A DNA stretch of 64,000 bases from Flectonema sp. DT1601 (GCA_964019425.1 OZ025780.1:1488001-1552000), one strand, 5' to 3'; counted from the stretch's first letter, positions 37,831 to 51,908 are shown. Numbers and translations: made by a program. The notes: generated by a model from the letters alone, not told the origin.

Positions 37831-40224
37831 TAAGATGCACTCTGAACTTTGATTTTTTGATCTGAGTGTGAGGGAATGACCTGTTAGTGCATTGGGCATA
37901 GGCTGGGCTGCAGTTTAGATGTCTTAGGTGTTAATAGGGGGTTCCTCTTAGCATTTTTCTTTGTTCCCACCTTATGATTTTCTTGAAGAAAAAAAATAGA
38001 AGTCATAATGGTGCTTCCCTCTGGAAGGGTTGTAAGCCATGGTGTCCAACTAAATTAAAGGACAAGTCTGGGATAATCCCTGCCAGAGGGGCGAGTATTC
38101 TACCATGGTTGAAATACTCTGGCAACTGATCTTCAATTTTATGTTGTTTGTTAGCTGCTGGTGTATCTTGATTATGTGTTGATACTTGCATTTTTTTATT
38201 TGTAATCTTCTATTACAATTCTCTTTCTGTTCTGGTCTGTTACTTCATTTGTCTTGTTTAACTTCAGTTATATGCATTTTACTTTTTATTGTTTCCCATC
38301 TACTTTTTATTTTCTATTAGTTCTGGTCAGAAACTCGTGGGCAGCAAGAAGGAAAGCAGTTAAGTACTTCTGGGTGTTTGGCATCACCCCCCATAGTGAG
38401 CAAGTACAACAGGTAGCATTGGTAGTCTGTTGATCCTGAGTGATCCCAGCTACAGTTTTGTTTTTCTTTCTTTTTTTTAGAAGAAGATCAGGACATCCAA
38501 GCACTGCTGGATAGTTGCTGAATGCAGGGCCTGCCTGTGGCATTATAATAACAGGCTAAGTCATTTGTAGTTCATAGTTTACCTTTGATTTTATAACTTC
38601 ACACAGGGTACTATGAACGATGAGAGATCCAGTGGGATCACTCAGGGTCTAGTAGAGACCACCAATGTTGTGCGTTGATAGGCAAGGTGACCAACCTTGA
38701 CATTCTTTCTTTTCTCTCCTGTTGTGACAAACACAAAATACACACACAGCTTACAGTGTGTTCTTTGTGTATGTTTTCTTCAGGTGTGAGTAGTTTTTTT
38801 GTTCTTGCTCTTCAGGGAGGGCCTTAGCCAAAAGCTAACAGTCCAAATCTCACCTGGAAATTCAACTCAGTCCTTGTCAGTTTTGGCATCAAACTTGTAA
38901 TGGTTTAATCATTACAGGTTATTTACTGAAATATTTGTTCTAAAAGTTGCTAAGTATTTCTCACTTAGAATTTTTTTATTTTTTTATTTTCAGCTTAATT
39001 AGCTACAAATTGTTTCTACTAAGTGTTTCTCACTTAGATTTTTTTTTTGCTTTTCAGCTCCTTAAAAGCTGCTAAGTGTTTCTGCTAAGTGTTTCTCACT
39101 TAGAATTTTATTTTTATGTTCGTTTTCTATCCCTTCTCCTATCCCTTTTGTTCAAAATAAGCGGGAGGAAATTCTCTCATTCACGCTAAGATGCACTCTG
39201 AACTTTGATTTTTTGATCTGAGTGTGAGGGAATGACCTGTTAGTGCATTGGGCATAGGCTGGGCTGCAGTTTAGATGTCTTAGGTGTTAATAGGGGGTTC
39301 CTCTTAGCATTTTTCTTTGTTCCCACCTTATGATTTTCTTGAAGAAAAAAAATAGAAGTCATAATGGTGCTTCCCTCTGGAAGGGTTGTAAGCCATGGTG
39401 TCCAACTAAATTAAAGGACAAGTCTGGGATAATCCCTGCCAGAGGGGCGAGTATTCTACCATGGTTGAAATACTCTGGCAACTGATCTTCAATTTTATGT
39501 TGTTTGTTAGCTGCTGGTGTATCTTGATTATGTGTTGATACTTGCATTTTTTTATTTGTAATCTTCTATTACAATTCTCTTTCTGTTCTGGTCTGTTACT
39601 TCATTTGTCTTGTTTAACTTCAGTTATATGCATTTTACTTTTTATTGTTTCCCATCTACTTTTTATTTTCTATTAGTTCTGGTCAGAAACTCGTGGGCAG
39701 CAAGAAGGAAAGCAGTTAAGTACTTCTGGGTGTTTGGCATCACCCCCCATAGTGAGCAAGTACAACAGGTAGCATTGGTAGTCTGTTGATCCTGAGTGAT
39801 CCCAGCTACAGTTTTGTTTTTCTTTCTTTTTTTTAGAAGAAGATCAGGACATCCAAGCACTGCTGGATAGTTGCTGAATGCAGGGCCTGCCTGTGGCATT
39901 ATAATAACAGGCTAAGTCATTTGTAGTTCATAGTTTACCTTTGATTTTATAACTTCACACAGGGTACTATGAACGATGAGAGATCCAGTGGGATCACTCA
40001 GGGTCTAGTAGAGACCACCAATGTTGTGCGTTGATAGGCAAGGTGACCAACCTTGACATTCTTTCTTTTCTCTCCTGTTGTGACAAACACAAAATACACA
40101 CACAGCTTACAGTGTGTTCTTTGTGTATGTTTTCTTCAGGTGTGAGTAGTTTTTTTGTTCTTGCTCTTCAGGGAGGGCCTTAGCCAAAAGCTAACAGTCC
40201 AAATCTCACCTGGAAATTCAACTC
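37831..40224 (+). mobile_element. Element B copy 2: ~1.77 head-to-tail units of 1356 bp
   Basis: Identical ORF-track entries 1356 bp apart (38003/39359, 38307/39663); ends at GGAAATTCAACTC; TAAGA microhomology at the other junction; 2-bp target loss. Confidence 0.92.
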
Positions 40225-40439
40225 GAGGTAGAGAAAAAAAAAAAAAAAAAAAAAAAAAGAAAGAATAGAAAAAAAATATGAAGAGGAAATAATCAAACAT
40301 GAAAAAAAAAAAAAAAAATAAAATATAAATAAAAAACGTTGTATGAAAAAGGAAAAAAAGAAAAAAAAAAGACCAGAAAAGGAAAGAGAAAATGAAAAGG
40401 TATAATATTATTGTGGGGATATGAGGATAGCAGGGAGAT

Positions 40440-40475
<36 letters not shown>

Positions 40476-41017
40476 TTATTATTTAAAAAAAGGAAACAAT
40501 CAGTTTAGCGTCTCGATCAGGACGGAAAATAGAAATTAATCGACATAGTCGATCGATAGAAAAAAAACAATGATAACATTGTTTATTCCTTTTTTTTTTT
40601 TTTTTTTTTTATTCTTTTTAATTATTTTTAAAGAAAAAACAATCAGTTTAGCGTCCTGACCAGGACGGAAAATTGAAAGTGATCGACATAGTCGATCGAT
40701 AGAAAAAAAACAATGATAACATTGTTTATTCTTTTTTTTTTTTTTTTTTTTTTTTTAAATCCTTTTAATTATTTTAAAGAAAAAACAATCAGTTTAGCGT
40801 CTTGACCAGGGCGGAAAATAGAAAGTGATCGACATAGTCGATCGATAAAAAAAAAACAATGATAACATTGTTTATTCCTTTTTTTTTTTTTTTTTTTTTT
40901 TATTCTTTTTATTTATTTTTAAAGAAAAAACAATCAGTTTAGCGTCCTGACCAGGACGGAAAATTGAAAGTGATCGACATAGTCGATCGATAAAAAAACA
41001 ATGATAACATTGTTTAT

Positions 41018-41052
<35 letters not shown>

Positions 41053-41656
41053 CTTTTAATTATTTTTTAAAGAAAAAACAATCAGTTTAGCGTCTTGACC
41101 AGGACGGAAAATAGAAAGTGATCGACATAGTCGATCGATAAAAAACAATGATAACATTGTTTATTCTTTTTTTTTTTTTTTTTTTAATCCTTTTTATTAT
41201 TTTAAAGAAAAAACAATCAGTTTAGCGTCTTGACCAGGACGGAAAATAGAAAGTGATCGACATAGTCGATCGATAAAAAAACAATGATAACATTGTTTAT
41301 TCTTTTTTTTTTTTTTTTTTTAAATTCTTTTTATTTATTTTTAAAGAAAAAAAAAACGGAAAATAAAAATTAGTCGACAAAGTCGAACGATAAAAAAAAA
41401 ACAATGATAACATTGTTTATTCTTTTTTTTTTTGTTTTTTTTTTTATTATTCTTTTTTATTAATTTTGAAAAAAAAACAATCAGTTTAGCGTCTTGACTA
41501 GGACGGAAAATAGAAAGTAATCGACATAGTCGATCGATAAAAAAAAACAATGATAACATTGTTTACTCTTTTTTTTTTTTTTTTTTAAATTCTTTTTATT
41601 TTAAAAAGAAAAAAAACGGAAAATAGAAATTAGTCGACAAAGTCGAACGATAAAAA

Positions 41657-43660
41657 TGAATTTAAAATAAAAAAAAAGAATAAACAATGTTATCATTGTT
41701 TTTTTTATCGATCGACTATGTCGATCACTTTCTATTTTCCGTCCTAGTCAATACGCTAAACTGATTGTTTTTTTTTTTCAAAATTAATAAAAAAGAATAT
41801 AAAAAAATACAAAAAAAAAGAATAAACAATGTTATCATTGTTTTTTTTTATCGTTCGACTTTGTCGACTAATTTCTATTTTCCGTTTTTTTTCTTTTAAA
41901 AATAAATAAAAAGAATTTAAAATAAAAAAAAAGAATAAACAATGTTATCATTGTTTTTTTATCGATCGACTATGTCGATCACTTTCTATTTTCCGTCCTG
42001 GTCAAGACGCTAAACTGATTGTTTTTTTTTTTTCAAAATAAAAAAAAAATATTAAAAAAAAAAAAATAAAAAAAAAGAATAAACAATGTTATCATTGTTT
42101 TTCTTTATCGTTCGACTTTGTTGACTAATTTCTATTTTCCGTTTTTTTTTCTTTAAAAAATAAATAAAAAGAATTTAAAAAAAAAAAAAAAAAAAAGAAT
42201 AAACAATGTTATCATTGTTTTTTTTATCGATCGACTATGTCGATTACTTTCTATTTTCCGTCCTGGTCAAGACGCTAAACTGATTGTTTTTTTTTCAAAA
42301 TTAATAAAAAAGAATATAAAAAAATACAAAAAAAAGAATAAACAATGTTATCATTGTTTTCTTTATCGATCGACTATGTCGATTACTTTCTATTTTCCGT
42401 CCTGGTCAAGACGCTAAACTGATTGTTTTTTTTTCAAAATTAATAAAAAAGAATATAAAAAAATACAAAAAAAAGAATAAACAATGTTATCATTGTTTTT
42501 TTTATCGATCGACTATGTCGATTACTTTCTATTTTCCGTCCTGGTCAAGACGCTAAACTGATTGTTTTTTTTTTCAAAATAAAAAAAAAATATTAAAAAA
42601 AAAAAAATAAAAAAAAAGAATAAACAATGTTATCATTGTTTTTTTTTATCGTTCGACTTTGTTGACTAATTTCTATTTTCCGTTTTTTTTCTTTAAAAAA
42701 TAAATAAAAAGAATTTAAAAAAAAAAAAAAAAAAAAGAATAAACAATGTTATCATTGTTTTTTTTATCGATCGACTATGTCGATTACTTTCTATTTTCCG
42801 TCCTGGTCAAGACGCTAAACTGATTGTTTTTTTTTTCAAAATTAATAAAAAAAAAAGAATATAAAAAAATACAAAAAAAAGAATAAACAATGTTATCATT
42901 GTTTTTTTTTATCGTTCGACTTTGTCGACTAATTTCTATTTTCCGTTTTTTTTCTTTAAAAAATTAATAAAAAGAATTTAAAATAAAAAAAAAAAAGAAT
43001 AAACAATGTTATCATTGTTTTTTTTATCGATCGACTATGTCGATTACTTTCTATTTTCCGTCCTGGTCAAGACGCTAAACTGATTGTTTTTTTTTTCAAA
43101 ATTAATAAAAAAGAATATAAAAAAAATAAAAAAAAAAAAGAATAAACAATGTTATCATTGTTTTTTTTTATCGTTCGACTTTGTTGACTAATTTCTATTT
43201 TCCATTTTTTTTCTTTTTAAAAATAAATAAAAAGAATTAAAATAAAAAAAAAAAAAAAAGAATAAACAATGTTATCATTGTTTTTTTTATCGATCGACTA
43301 TGTCGATTACTTTCTATTTTCCGTCCTGGTCAGGACGCTAAACTGATTGTTTTTTCTTTAAAAATAAATAAAAAGAATAAAAAAAAAAAAAAAAGGAATA
43401 AACAATGTTATCATTGTTTTTTTTTTATCGATCGACTATGTCGATTACTTACTATTTTCCGTCCTGGTCAAGACGCTAAACTGATTGTTTTTTCTTTAAA
43501 ATAATTAAAAAGATTTAAAAAAAAAAAAAAAAAAAAAAAATGAATAAACAATGTTATCATTGTTTTTTTTTCTATCGATCAACTATGTCGATTAATTTCT
43601 ATTTTCCGTCCTGATCGAGACGCTAAACTGATTGTTTCCTTTTTTTAAATAATAAATAAG

Positions 43661-43691
<31 letters not shown>

Positions 43692-44091
43692 ATCTCCCTG
43701 CTATCCCTCATATCCCCACAATAATATTATACCTTTTCATTTTCTCTTTCCTTTTCTGGTCTTTTTTTTTTTCTTTTTTTCCTTTTTCATACAACGTTTT
43801 TTATTTATATATATATATATTTTTTTTTTTTTTTTCATGTTTGATTATTTCCTCTTCATTTTTTTTTTTCTTTTCTTTTCTTTCTTTTTTTTTTTTTTTC
43901 CTCTGCCTCTCTCTTAATTCTGTTCGTTTCTTTGAAACGAAAATTCATTTGAATATTATTCCTTGGTCAGCAACCATCATTGTCGCCCTTTGGGCCTGTT
44001 AAAAAAAAATAAAATAAAAAGAAAGTTTACATCGGGAATAGGGCAGGAGCCAAAAGCTCCCAGTCCGTTACTTCCCACTTTATCGAAATTC
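41657..44091 (+). mobile_element. Element A copy inserted in inverted orientation within another A satellite
   Basis: Satellite orientation flips at ~41657; fixed end ...TATCGAAATTC at 44091. Confidence 0.88.
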
Positions 44092-44518
44092 AAAACAATG
44101 ATAACATTGTTTATTCTTTTTTTTTTATTTTTTTTTTTTATATTCTTTTTTATTAATTTTGAAAAAAAAACAATCAGTTTAGCGTCTTGACCAGGACGGA
44201 AAATAGAAAGTGATCGACATAGTCGATCGATAAAAAAAAACAATGATAACATTGTTTATTCTTTTTTTTTTTTTTTAAATCTTTTTATTTATTTTTTAAA
44301 AAGAAAAAAAAAAAACGGAAAATAGAAATTAGTCAACAACGTCGAACGATAAAAAAAAAACAATGATAACATTGTTTATTCTTTTTTTTTTATTTTTTTT
44401 TGTATTCTTTTTTATTAATTTTGAAAAAAAACAATCAGTTTTGCGTCTTGACCAGGACGGAAAATAGAAAGTGATCGACATAGTCGATCGATAAAAAAAC
44501 AATGATAACATTGTTTAT

Positions 44519-44554
<36 letters not shown>

Positions 44555-44609
44555 CTTTTTTTTTTTTTAAAGAAAAAACAATCAGTTTAGCGTCTTGACC
44601 AGGACGGAA

Positions 44610-45114
44610 TCTTATTGCGAAAATTGGTTCTTCAAAAGGAGCGGCCTGGGCCTTCGACAAGCTGCGGGAACTCAGGGGCGGTCGGTCCAATTCAAAGGAA
44701 GTTCCGGTTGCTGCTGATGATTTACTCGACCATTTCTTTGGTGATTCAAAATCCTCACCGTTATTAGTTCCTGATTCGAAGCCTGCTGATTATGATGACT
44801 CAAGCTGTGGTTCTTTTTCGATTCATGAGTTATACACGGTACTGAAGTCATTGACTCCCTCCCACGGGTCTGGTTTAGATTCTGTTTCTAATAATATGCT
44901 GCTTAACTTGGGTCCCCGTATGCTCCTACTATTGCTTAGACTCGCCTCGCTATCTTTCAGGAGGGGTATCTTTCCCTCTTGCATGAAAAAGGCCAAGGTG
45001 ATTATAATTCCGAAGGGAGGGGATCGTGACCCGCTTCTTCCGTCTTCTTACAGACCAATCTCTTTGACGTCAATTGTTTCGAAGTGCTTGGAGTCGCTTG
45101 TGGGTAATCGAATT
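44610..45114 (+). CDS. LINE ORF2 part 2: linker and RT domains 0-2
   Basis: FSIHELYTVLKSL, GSGLDSV, KKAKVIIIPKGG and SYRPISLTSIVSKCLE motifs; open from 44608. Confidence 0.92.
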
Positions 45115-45300
45115 TCGATAAAGTGGGAAGTAACGGACTGGGAGCTTTTGGCTCCTGCCCTATTCCCGATGTAAACTTTCTTTTTATTTTTATTTTTTTT
45201 TAACAGGCCCAAAGGGCGACAATGATGGTTGCTGACCAAGGAATAATATTCAAATGAATTTTCGTTTCAAAGAAACGAACAGAATTAAGAGAGAGGCAGA

Positions 45301-45334
<34 letters not shown>

Positions 45335-45510
45335 GAGAAAAAAAATGAAGAGGAAATAATCAAACATGAAAAAAAAAAAAAAAAAAAAATATATAAATAA
45401 AAAACGTTGTATGAAAAAGGAAAAAAAGAAAAGAAAAAAAGACCAGAAAAGGAAAGAGAAAATGAAAAGGTATAATATTATTGTGGGGATATGAGGGATA
45501 GCAGGGAGAT

Positions 45511-45543
<33 letters not shown>

Positions 45544-46594
45544 CTTATTTATTATTTAAAAAAAGGAAACAATCAGTTTAGCGTCTCGATCAGGACGGAA
45601 AATAGAAATTAATCGACATAGTTGATCGATAGAAAAAAAAACAATGATAACATTGTTTATTCATTTTTTTTTTTTTTTTTTTTTTTAAATCTTTTTAATT
45701 ATTTTAAAGAAAAAACAATCAGTTTAGCGTCTTGACCAGGACGGAAAATAATAAGTAATCGACATAGTCGATCGATAAAAAAAAAACAATGATAACATTG
45801 TTTATTCCTTTTTTTTTTTTTTTTTTATTCTTTTTATTTATTTTTAAAGAAAAACAATCAGTTTAGCGTCCTGACCAGGACGGAAAATAGAAAGTAATCG
45901 ACATAGTCGATCGATAAAAAAAACAATGATAACATTGTTTATTCTTTTTTTTTTTTTTTATTTTAATTCTTTTTTTTTATTTTTAAAAAGAAAAAAAAGG
46001 GAAATAGAAATTAGTCAACAAAGTCGAACGATAAAAAAAAACAATGATAACATTGTTTATTCTTTTTTTTTTTATTTTTTTTATATTCTTTTTTATTAAT
46101 TTTGAAAAAAAAACAATCAGTTTAGCGTCTTGACCAGGACGGAAAATAGAAAGTAATCGACATAGTCGATCGATAAAAAAAACAATGATAACATTGTTTA
46201 TTCTTTTTTTTTTTTATTTTAAATTCTTTTTATTTATTTTTTGAAGAAAAAAAACGGAAAATAGAAATTAGTCGACAAAGTCGAACGATAAAAAAAAACA
46301 ATGATAACATTGTTTATTCTTTTTTTTGTATTTTTTTATATTCTTTTTTATTAATTTTGAAAAAAAAACAATCAGTTTAGCGTCTTGACCAGGACGGAAA
46401 ATAGAAAGTAATCGACATAGTCGATCGATAAAAAAAACAATGATAACATTGTTTATTCTTTTTTTTGTATTTTTTTATATTCTTTTTTATTAATTTTGAA
46501 AAAAAAACAATCAGTTTAGCGTCTTGACCAGGACGGAAAATAGAAAGTGATCGACATAGTCGATCGGTAAAAAAACAATGATAACATTGTATAT

Positions 46595-46627
<33 letters not shown>

Positions 46628-49600
46628 CTTTTTATTTATTTTTTAAAGAAAAAAAAAACGGAAAATAGAAATTAGTCAACAAAGTCGAACGATAAAAAAA
46701 ACAATGATAACATTGTTTATTCTTTTTTTTTATTTTTTTTTATATTCTTTTTTAATAATTTTGAAAAAAAAAACAATCAGTTTAGCGTCTTGACCAGGAC
46801 GGAAAATAGAAAGTGATCGACATAGTCGATCGATAAAAAAACAATGATAACATTGTTTATTCTTTTTTTTTTTTTTTTTTTTTTTTTAAATTCTTTTTAT
46901 TTATTTTTTAAAGAAAAAAAAACGGAAAATAGAAATTAGTCAACAAAGTCGAACGATAAAAAAAACAATGATAACATTGTTTATTCTTTTTTTTTTATTT
47001 TTTTTTTTTAATATTTTTTTTTATTTTGAAAAAAAAAACAATCAGTTTAGCGTCTTGACCAGGACGGAAAATAGAAAGTAATCGACATAGTCGATCGATA
47101 AAAAAAAACAATGATAACATTGTTTATTCTTTTTTTTTATTTTAAATTCTTTTTATTTATTTTTTAAAGAAAAGAAACGGAAAATAGAAATTAGTCGACA
47201 AAGTCGAACGATAAAAAAAAAAACAATGATAACATTGTTTATTCTTTTTTTTTTGTATTTTTTTTAATATTCTTTTTTATTAATTTTGAAAAAATAAACA
47301 ATCAGTTTAGCGTCTTGACCAGGACGGAAAATAGAAAGTGATCGACATAGTCGATCGATAAAAAAAAACAATGATAACATTGTTTATTCTTTTTTTTATT
47401 TTAAATTCTTTTTATTAATTTTTTAAAGAAAAAAAAAAAACGGAAAATAGAAATTAGTCGACAAAGTCGAACGATAAAAAAAACAATGATAACATTGTTT
47501 ATTCTTTTTTTTTGTATATTTTTATGTTCTTTTTTATTAATTTTGAAAAAAAAAACAATCAGTTTAGCGTCTTGACCAGGACGGAAAATAGAAAGTGATC
47601 GACATAGTCGATCGATAAAAAAAACAATGATAACATTGTTTATTCTTTTTTTTTATTTTAAATTCTTTTTATTTATTCTTTAAAGAAAAGAAACGGAAAA
47701 TAGAAATTAGTCGACAAAGTCGAACGATAAAAAAAAACAATGATAACATTGTTTTTCCTTTTTTTTTTTTTTTTTTATATTCTTTTTTATTAATTTTGAA
47801 AAAAAAAAAAACAATCAGTTTAGCGTCTTGACCAGGACGGAAAATAGAAAGTGATCGACATAGTCGATCGATAAAAAAACAATGATAACATTGTTTATTC
47901 TTTTTTTTTATTTTAAATTCTTTTTATTTATTCCTTAAAGAAAAGAAACGGAAAATAGAAATTAGTCGACAAAGTCTAACGATAAAAAAAAAACAATGAT
48001 AACATTGTTTATTCTTTTTTTTTTTTTTTTTTTTATATTCTTTTTTATTAATTTTGAAAAAAAAAACAATCAGTTTAGCGTCTTGACCAGGACGGAAAAT
48101 AGAAAGTGATCGACATAGTCGATCGATAAAAAAACAATGATAACATTGTTTATTCTTTTTTTTTATTTTAAATTCTTTTTATTTATTTTTTAAAGAAAAA
48201 AAACGGAAAATAGAAATTAGTCAACAAAGTCGAACGATAAAAAAAACAATGATAACATTGTTTATTCTTTTTTTTTTTTTTTTTTTTTTTATATTCTTTT
48301 TTATTAATTTTGAAAAAAAAAACAATCAGTTTAGCGTCTTGACCAGGACGGAAAATAGAAAGTGATCGACATAGACGATCGATAAAAAAACAATGATAAC
48401 ATTGTTTATTCTTTTTTTTTATTTTAAATTCTTTTTATTTATTTTTTAAAGAAAAAAAACGGAAAATAGAAATTAGTCAACAAAGTCGAACAATAAAAAA
48501 AAACAATGATAACATTGTTTATTCTTTTTTTTTTTTTTTTTTTTTTTTTTATATTCTTTTTTATTAATTTTGAAAAAAAAAACAATCAGTTTAGCGTCTT
48601 GACCAGGACGGAAAATAGAAAGTAATCGACATAGTCGATCGATAAAAAAAACAATGATAACATTGTTTATTCTTTTTTTTTATTTTAAATTCTTTTTATT
48701 TATTATTTAAAGAAAAGAAACGGAAAATAGAAATTAGTCGACAAAGTCGAACGATAAAAAAAAACAATGATAACATTGTTTATTCTTTTTTTTTTTTTTT
48801 TTATATTCTTTTTATTAATTTTTTAAAAAAAAAAAAAAAAACAATCAGTTTAGCGTCTTGACCAGGACGGAAAACTGGAAGTAATCGACATAGTCGATCG
48901 ATAAAAAAAACAATGATAACATTGTTTCATCTTTTATATTTTTTAATTTTTTTTTATATTTGAAGAAAAGAAAGAAGAAAAAAAAAAAAAAAAAAAACAA
49001 GCGGAATTGATCATAATGGGTGGCAGGGGTTGATATAACTTCATTTGAAAATTCTTCTTTTTTAATTTCTTTTTTTTTGAAAATTTTTTTTTATTTAACA
49101 GGAGTTAAGATCACTTACATGAGTTAACACAACACAGATACGAGAGTAGCAAACTGAGGTAACACTACCAATTCAACAAAAAATAATCAGGATCGGACAC
49201 AAGGAGGAGAGTTCATTCTACCTCTCACTGTCCTTGCTGGTATCTTAAGTGTCTTGGTATCTCTTGTGTGTCGGTATCTCGGAAGTGCTGGTATCTCGTG
49301 TGTGCGTTGGTATCTCTTGCGTGTTGGTATCTCTTGCACATAATAAAAAAAAAATATTGAGTTAACATGATCAGTTTTATTTAACATCAGAGACAGACCG
49401 GAACTATTTGAAAATAAAATGTAGATGGGAAACAGTGAAAATTAAAATGAATGATAAAATTAAATGAGATTTATGACATAACAGACCAGATAGAGAGTAA
49501 TAAAGGGAAAAGGAAAACGGGAAGGGTTCATTCACTTAGTTAAAGTTAAGACCGATTAGTCAGTTTAAGGTCTTGACTAGGACCAACAAAAAAAAAATAA

Positions 49601-50076
49601 ATAAATAAATAACGGTCAAGCTGAGCTGATCTTGTTTTTATTAAAATAAGGGGAGCGGGAGGGATGGAAGGAATAAAGGAAAAAAAAGAAAAGGTCGATC
49701 AATTGGATCTGGTCGTCGAGAAGAAGAAGACAATTATTTTAAAGGTCGATCGGCATAGCCGATCGTTGAGAAAAATAACCAGATATAAATACAATCAGTT
49801 TAAATAAAAAAAAAAAAAAAATAAATAAATAAAAAAAGTTTAACGATCAAGCTGAGCTGATCTTGTTTTTATTAAATTAAGGGGAGCGGGAGGGATGGAA
49901 GGAATAAAGGAAAAAAAAAGAAAAGGTCGATCAATTGGATCTGATCGTCGAGAAGAAGAAAACAATTATTTTTAAAAAAAATGATCGGTATAGCCGATCG
50001 TTGAGAAAAGAACAGATATAAATACAATCGGTTTTGGTGATCGACGAGTGGAGCGATCACTTGACAAGAAGGATGT
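45110..50076 (-). mobile_element. Long element A copy (~5 kb) in the RT domain: head, ~3.4-kb satellite, unique distal region
   Basis: Fixed end at 45110; satellite ~45568-48930; distal region with a GGTATCTC array (49239-49333), a ~190-bp duplication (49610-49800 / 49840-50030) and the leader motif 50031-50066. Confidence 0.88.
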
Positions 50077-51117
50077 GAACATTTGTTGGAGGGGAAGTTG
50101 GACCCTAGGCAGTCTGGTTTTACGCCGGGCAGAAATGTAGAAGAGAACATCTCGCTATTGGTGGATGCGGCTTCCGGTGTGCAGAAACTCTATGATGGTT
50201 ATGGAGCGATCATCCTCTTTGATATCTCTGGGGCATTCGATAACGTGGATCATCAAATACTCGTTGATAGATTGGTAGCTGTCCTGCCGGTTCCGTATGT
50301 TAAATGGCTTGCGAACTATCTTTCGGATAGAAATGTGAGTCTGTCTCTGGGATTAGATAATGGATCCAGATCCTGTACGAAGGGGGTCCCTCAAGGATCT
50401 GTGCTTGGTCCTCTCTTATTTCGGATCTTTGTCGACTCCCTGCCAGGTCTAATAAGTGGTGCTGATCTCAGTGTTCTGTTTGCTGATGATCTTGCCGTGT
50501 TTCTGCAACATGAGAAGATAGATGGGATCGAAGCGAAGGGCCTGTCCGTCATCTCTCAGATAGAAGGTTGGATGGTTTCCTCTAAGATGGAGGTAAACAT
50601 GAAGAAAACAGAGTACGTTGCCTTTGGTAAGCGCATCTCTGGCTCCGATGTCGAATGGAGTAGGGCACCTCGCTTTTACTTCCCATCGTCTGTTGAAGAG
50701 TTACACATGCCTACAGGCTCTGCCGGTGCTCTCACTGAGAAGCTTTCTCCATCAATAGGGGCAGTTCTGGATCTCGCTGATGCTTTGCTGCCACTGGAGA
50801 TTGATGGTTACCCGGTGACGAGACGTTCTGACTTTGTCCGACTGGCCTGTGCTCGTAAGAGCAAGGAGTTCAGGCTGAAAGCAGCGATCCCACTGAAACG
50901 TGTCAGGAGCGCGAAATACCTAGGAGTTATCATTGATGACTCGCTATGCTTCGACGAACAGGTGGATAAGATTGTGAAAACAATTCGAGCTGGTTGCGGT
51001 TTACTCAAAATGTTCTCTGCCTATGAGGTCAAAACTGATACCCTTCGTCAGCTTGTAGATGGTGCAGTGTTATCTCGAGCGTTCTTTGGACTAAAGGCTT
51101 TTTCTCCCTTTTTGTCT
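50077..51117 (+). CDS. LINE ORF2 part 3: reverse transcriptase core
   Basis: QSGF, FDISGAFDNVDH, GVPQGSVLGPLLF, FADD and KYLGV motifs. Confidence 0.96.
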
Positions 51118-51907
51118 CTTTCCTTTTCTGGTCTTTTTTTTTTCTTTTTTTCCTTTTTCATACAACGTTTTTTATTTACTGTAAAGGGAAATATTCTCGC
51201 GGGGAAATATTCTTGCGGGGAAATATTCTTGCGGGGAAATATTCTCGCGGATTTGGAGATTTTTTTTCAAACTCGCGGGTTTTTCCCCACAAGAATATTT
51301 CCCTGCCACAGAGGATTTTTGTGAAAGCCAGCCAGTTGATCAAGAATCTAAGAAATCTTTGTGCTTCCATCAAGTGTCAGGTAGAACAAAGCATTATTCT
51401 CCAAGCAAACACAATAAAAAACTACCATACTGCACAATAAAAATAATTTTTACTGAAACTTTCCTTCATAGCACACATATTTTCTTCACAAAAAAGAACA
51501 AAAAAATGGCTAGAAAAAAAGTATGCTTGCAGGGAAATATTCCCGCGGGGAAATATTCTCGCGGATTCAGAAAAAATAATAAAAACTCGTGGGTTTTTCC
51601 CCACAAGAATATTTCCCTTTACAGTATATTTTTTTTTTTTTTTTTTTTTTCATGTTTGATTATTTCCTCTTCATATTTTTTTTCTATTCTTTCTTTTTTT
51701 TTTTTTTTTTTTTTTCTCTACCTCTCTCTTAATTCTGTTCGTTTCTTTGAAACGAAAATTCATTTGAATATTATTCCTTGGTCAGCAACCATCATTGTCG
51801 CCCTTTGGGCCTGTTAAAAAAAAAAAAAAATAAAAAGAAAGTTTACATCGGGAATAGGGCAGGAGCCAAAAGCTCCCAGTCCGTTACTTCCCACCTTTTC
51901 GAAATTC
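51115..51907 (+). mobile_element. Short element A copy between RT and RNase H, carrying a MITE
   Basis: Fixed end ...TTTTCGAAATTC at 51907; TCT at both junctions. Confidence 0.9.
51179..51624. mobile_element. MITE (446 bp), TA TSD
   Basis: TIRs CTGTAAAGGGAAATATTCT / AGAATATTTCCCTTTACAG, flanked by TA; internal GCGGGGAAATATTCT repeats; termini resemble the 25200 MITE. Confidence 0.92.
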
Positions 51908-51908
51908 T

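Larger units (their letters stand above)
37655..44609 (-). mobile_element. Element A copy in ORF2 (APE-RT linker), itself carrying a B tandem and an inverted A copy
   Basis: Head 37655-37835 resumes at 40225; satellite 40496-41656 resumes at 44092-44609. Confidence 0.85.

Noticed and set aside
34274..51908. LINE-interrupting inserts as canonical spliceosomal or group II introns
   Set aside because: No GT-AG or GUGYG...AY boundaries; they occur in both orientations and are variably truncated.
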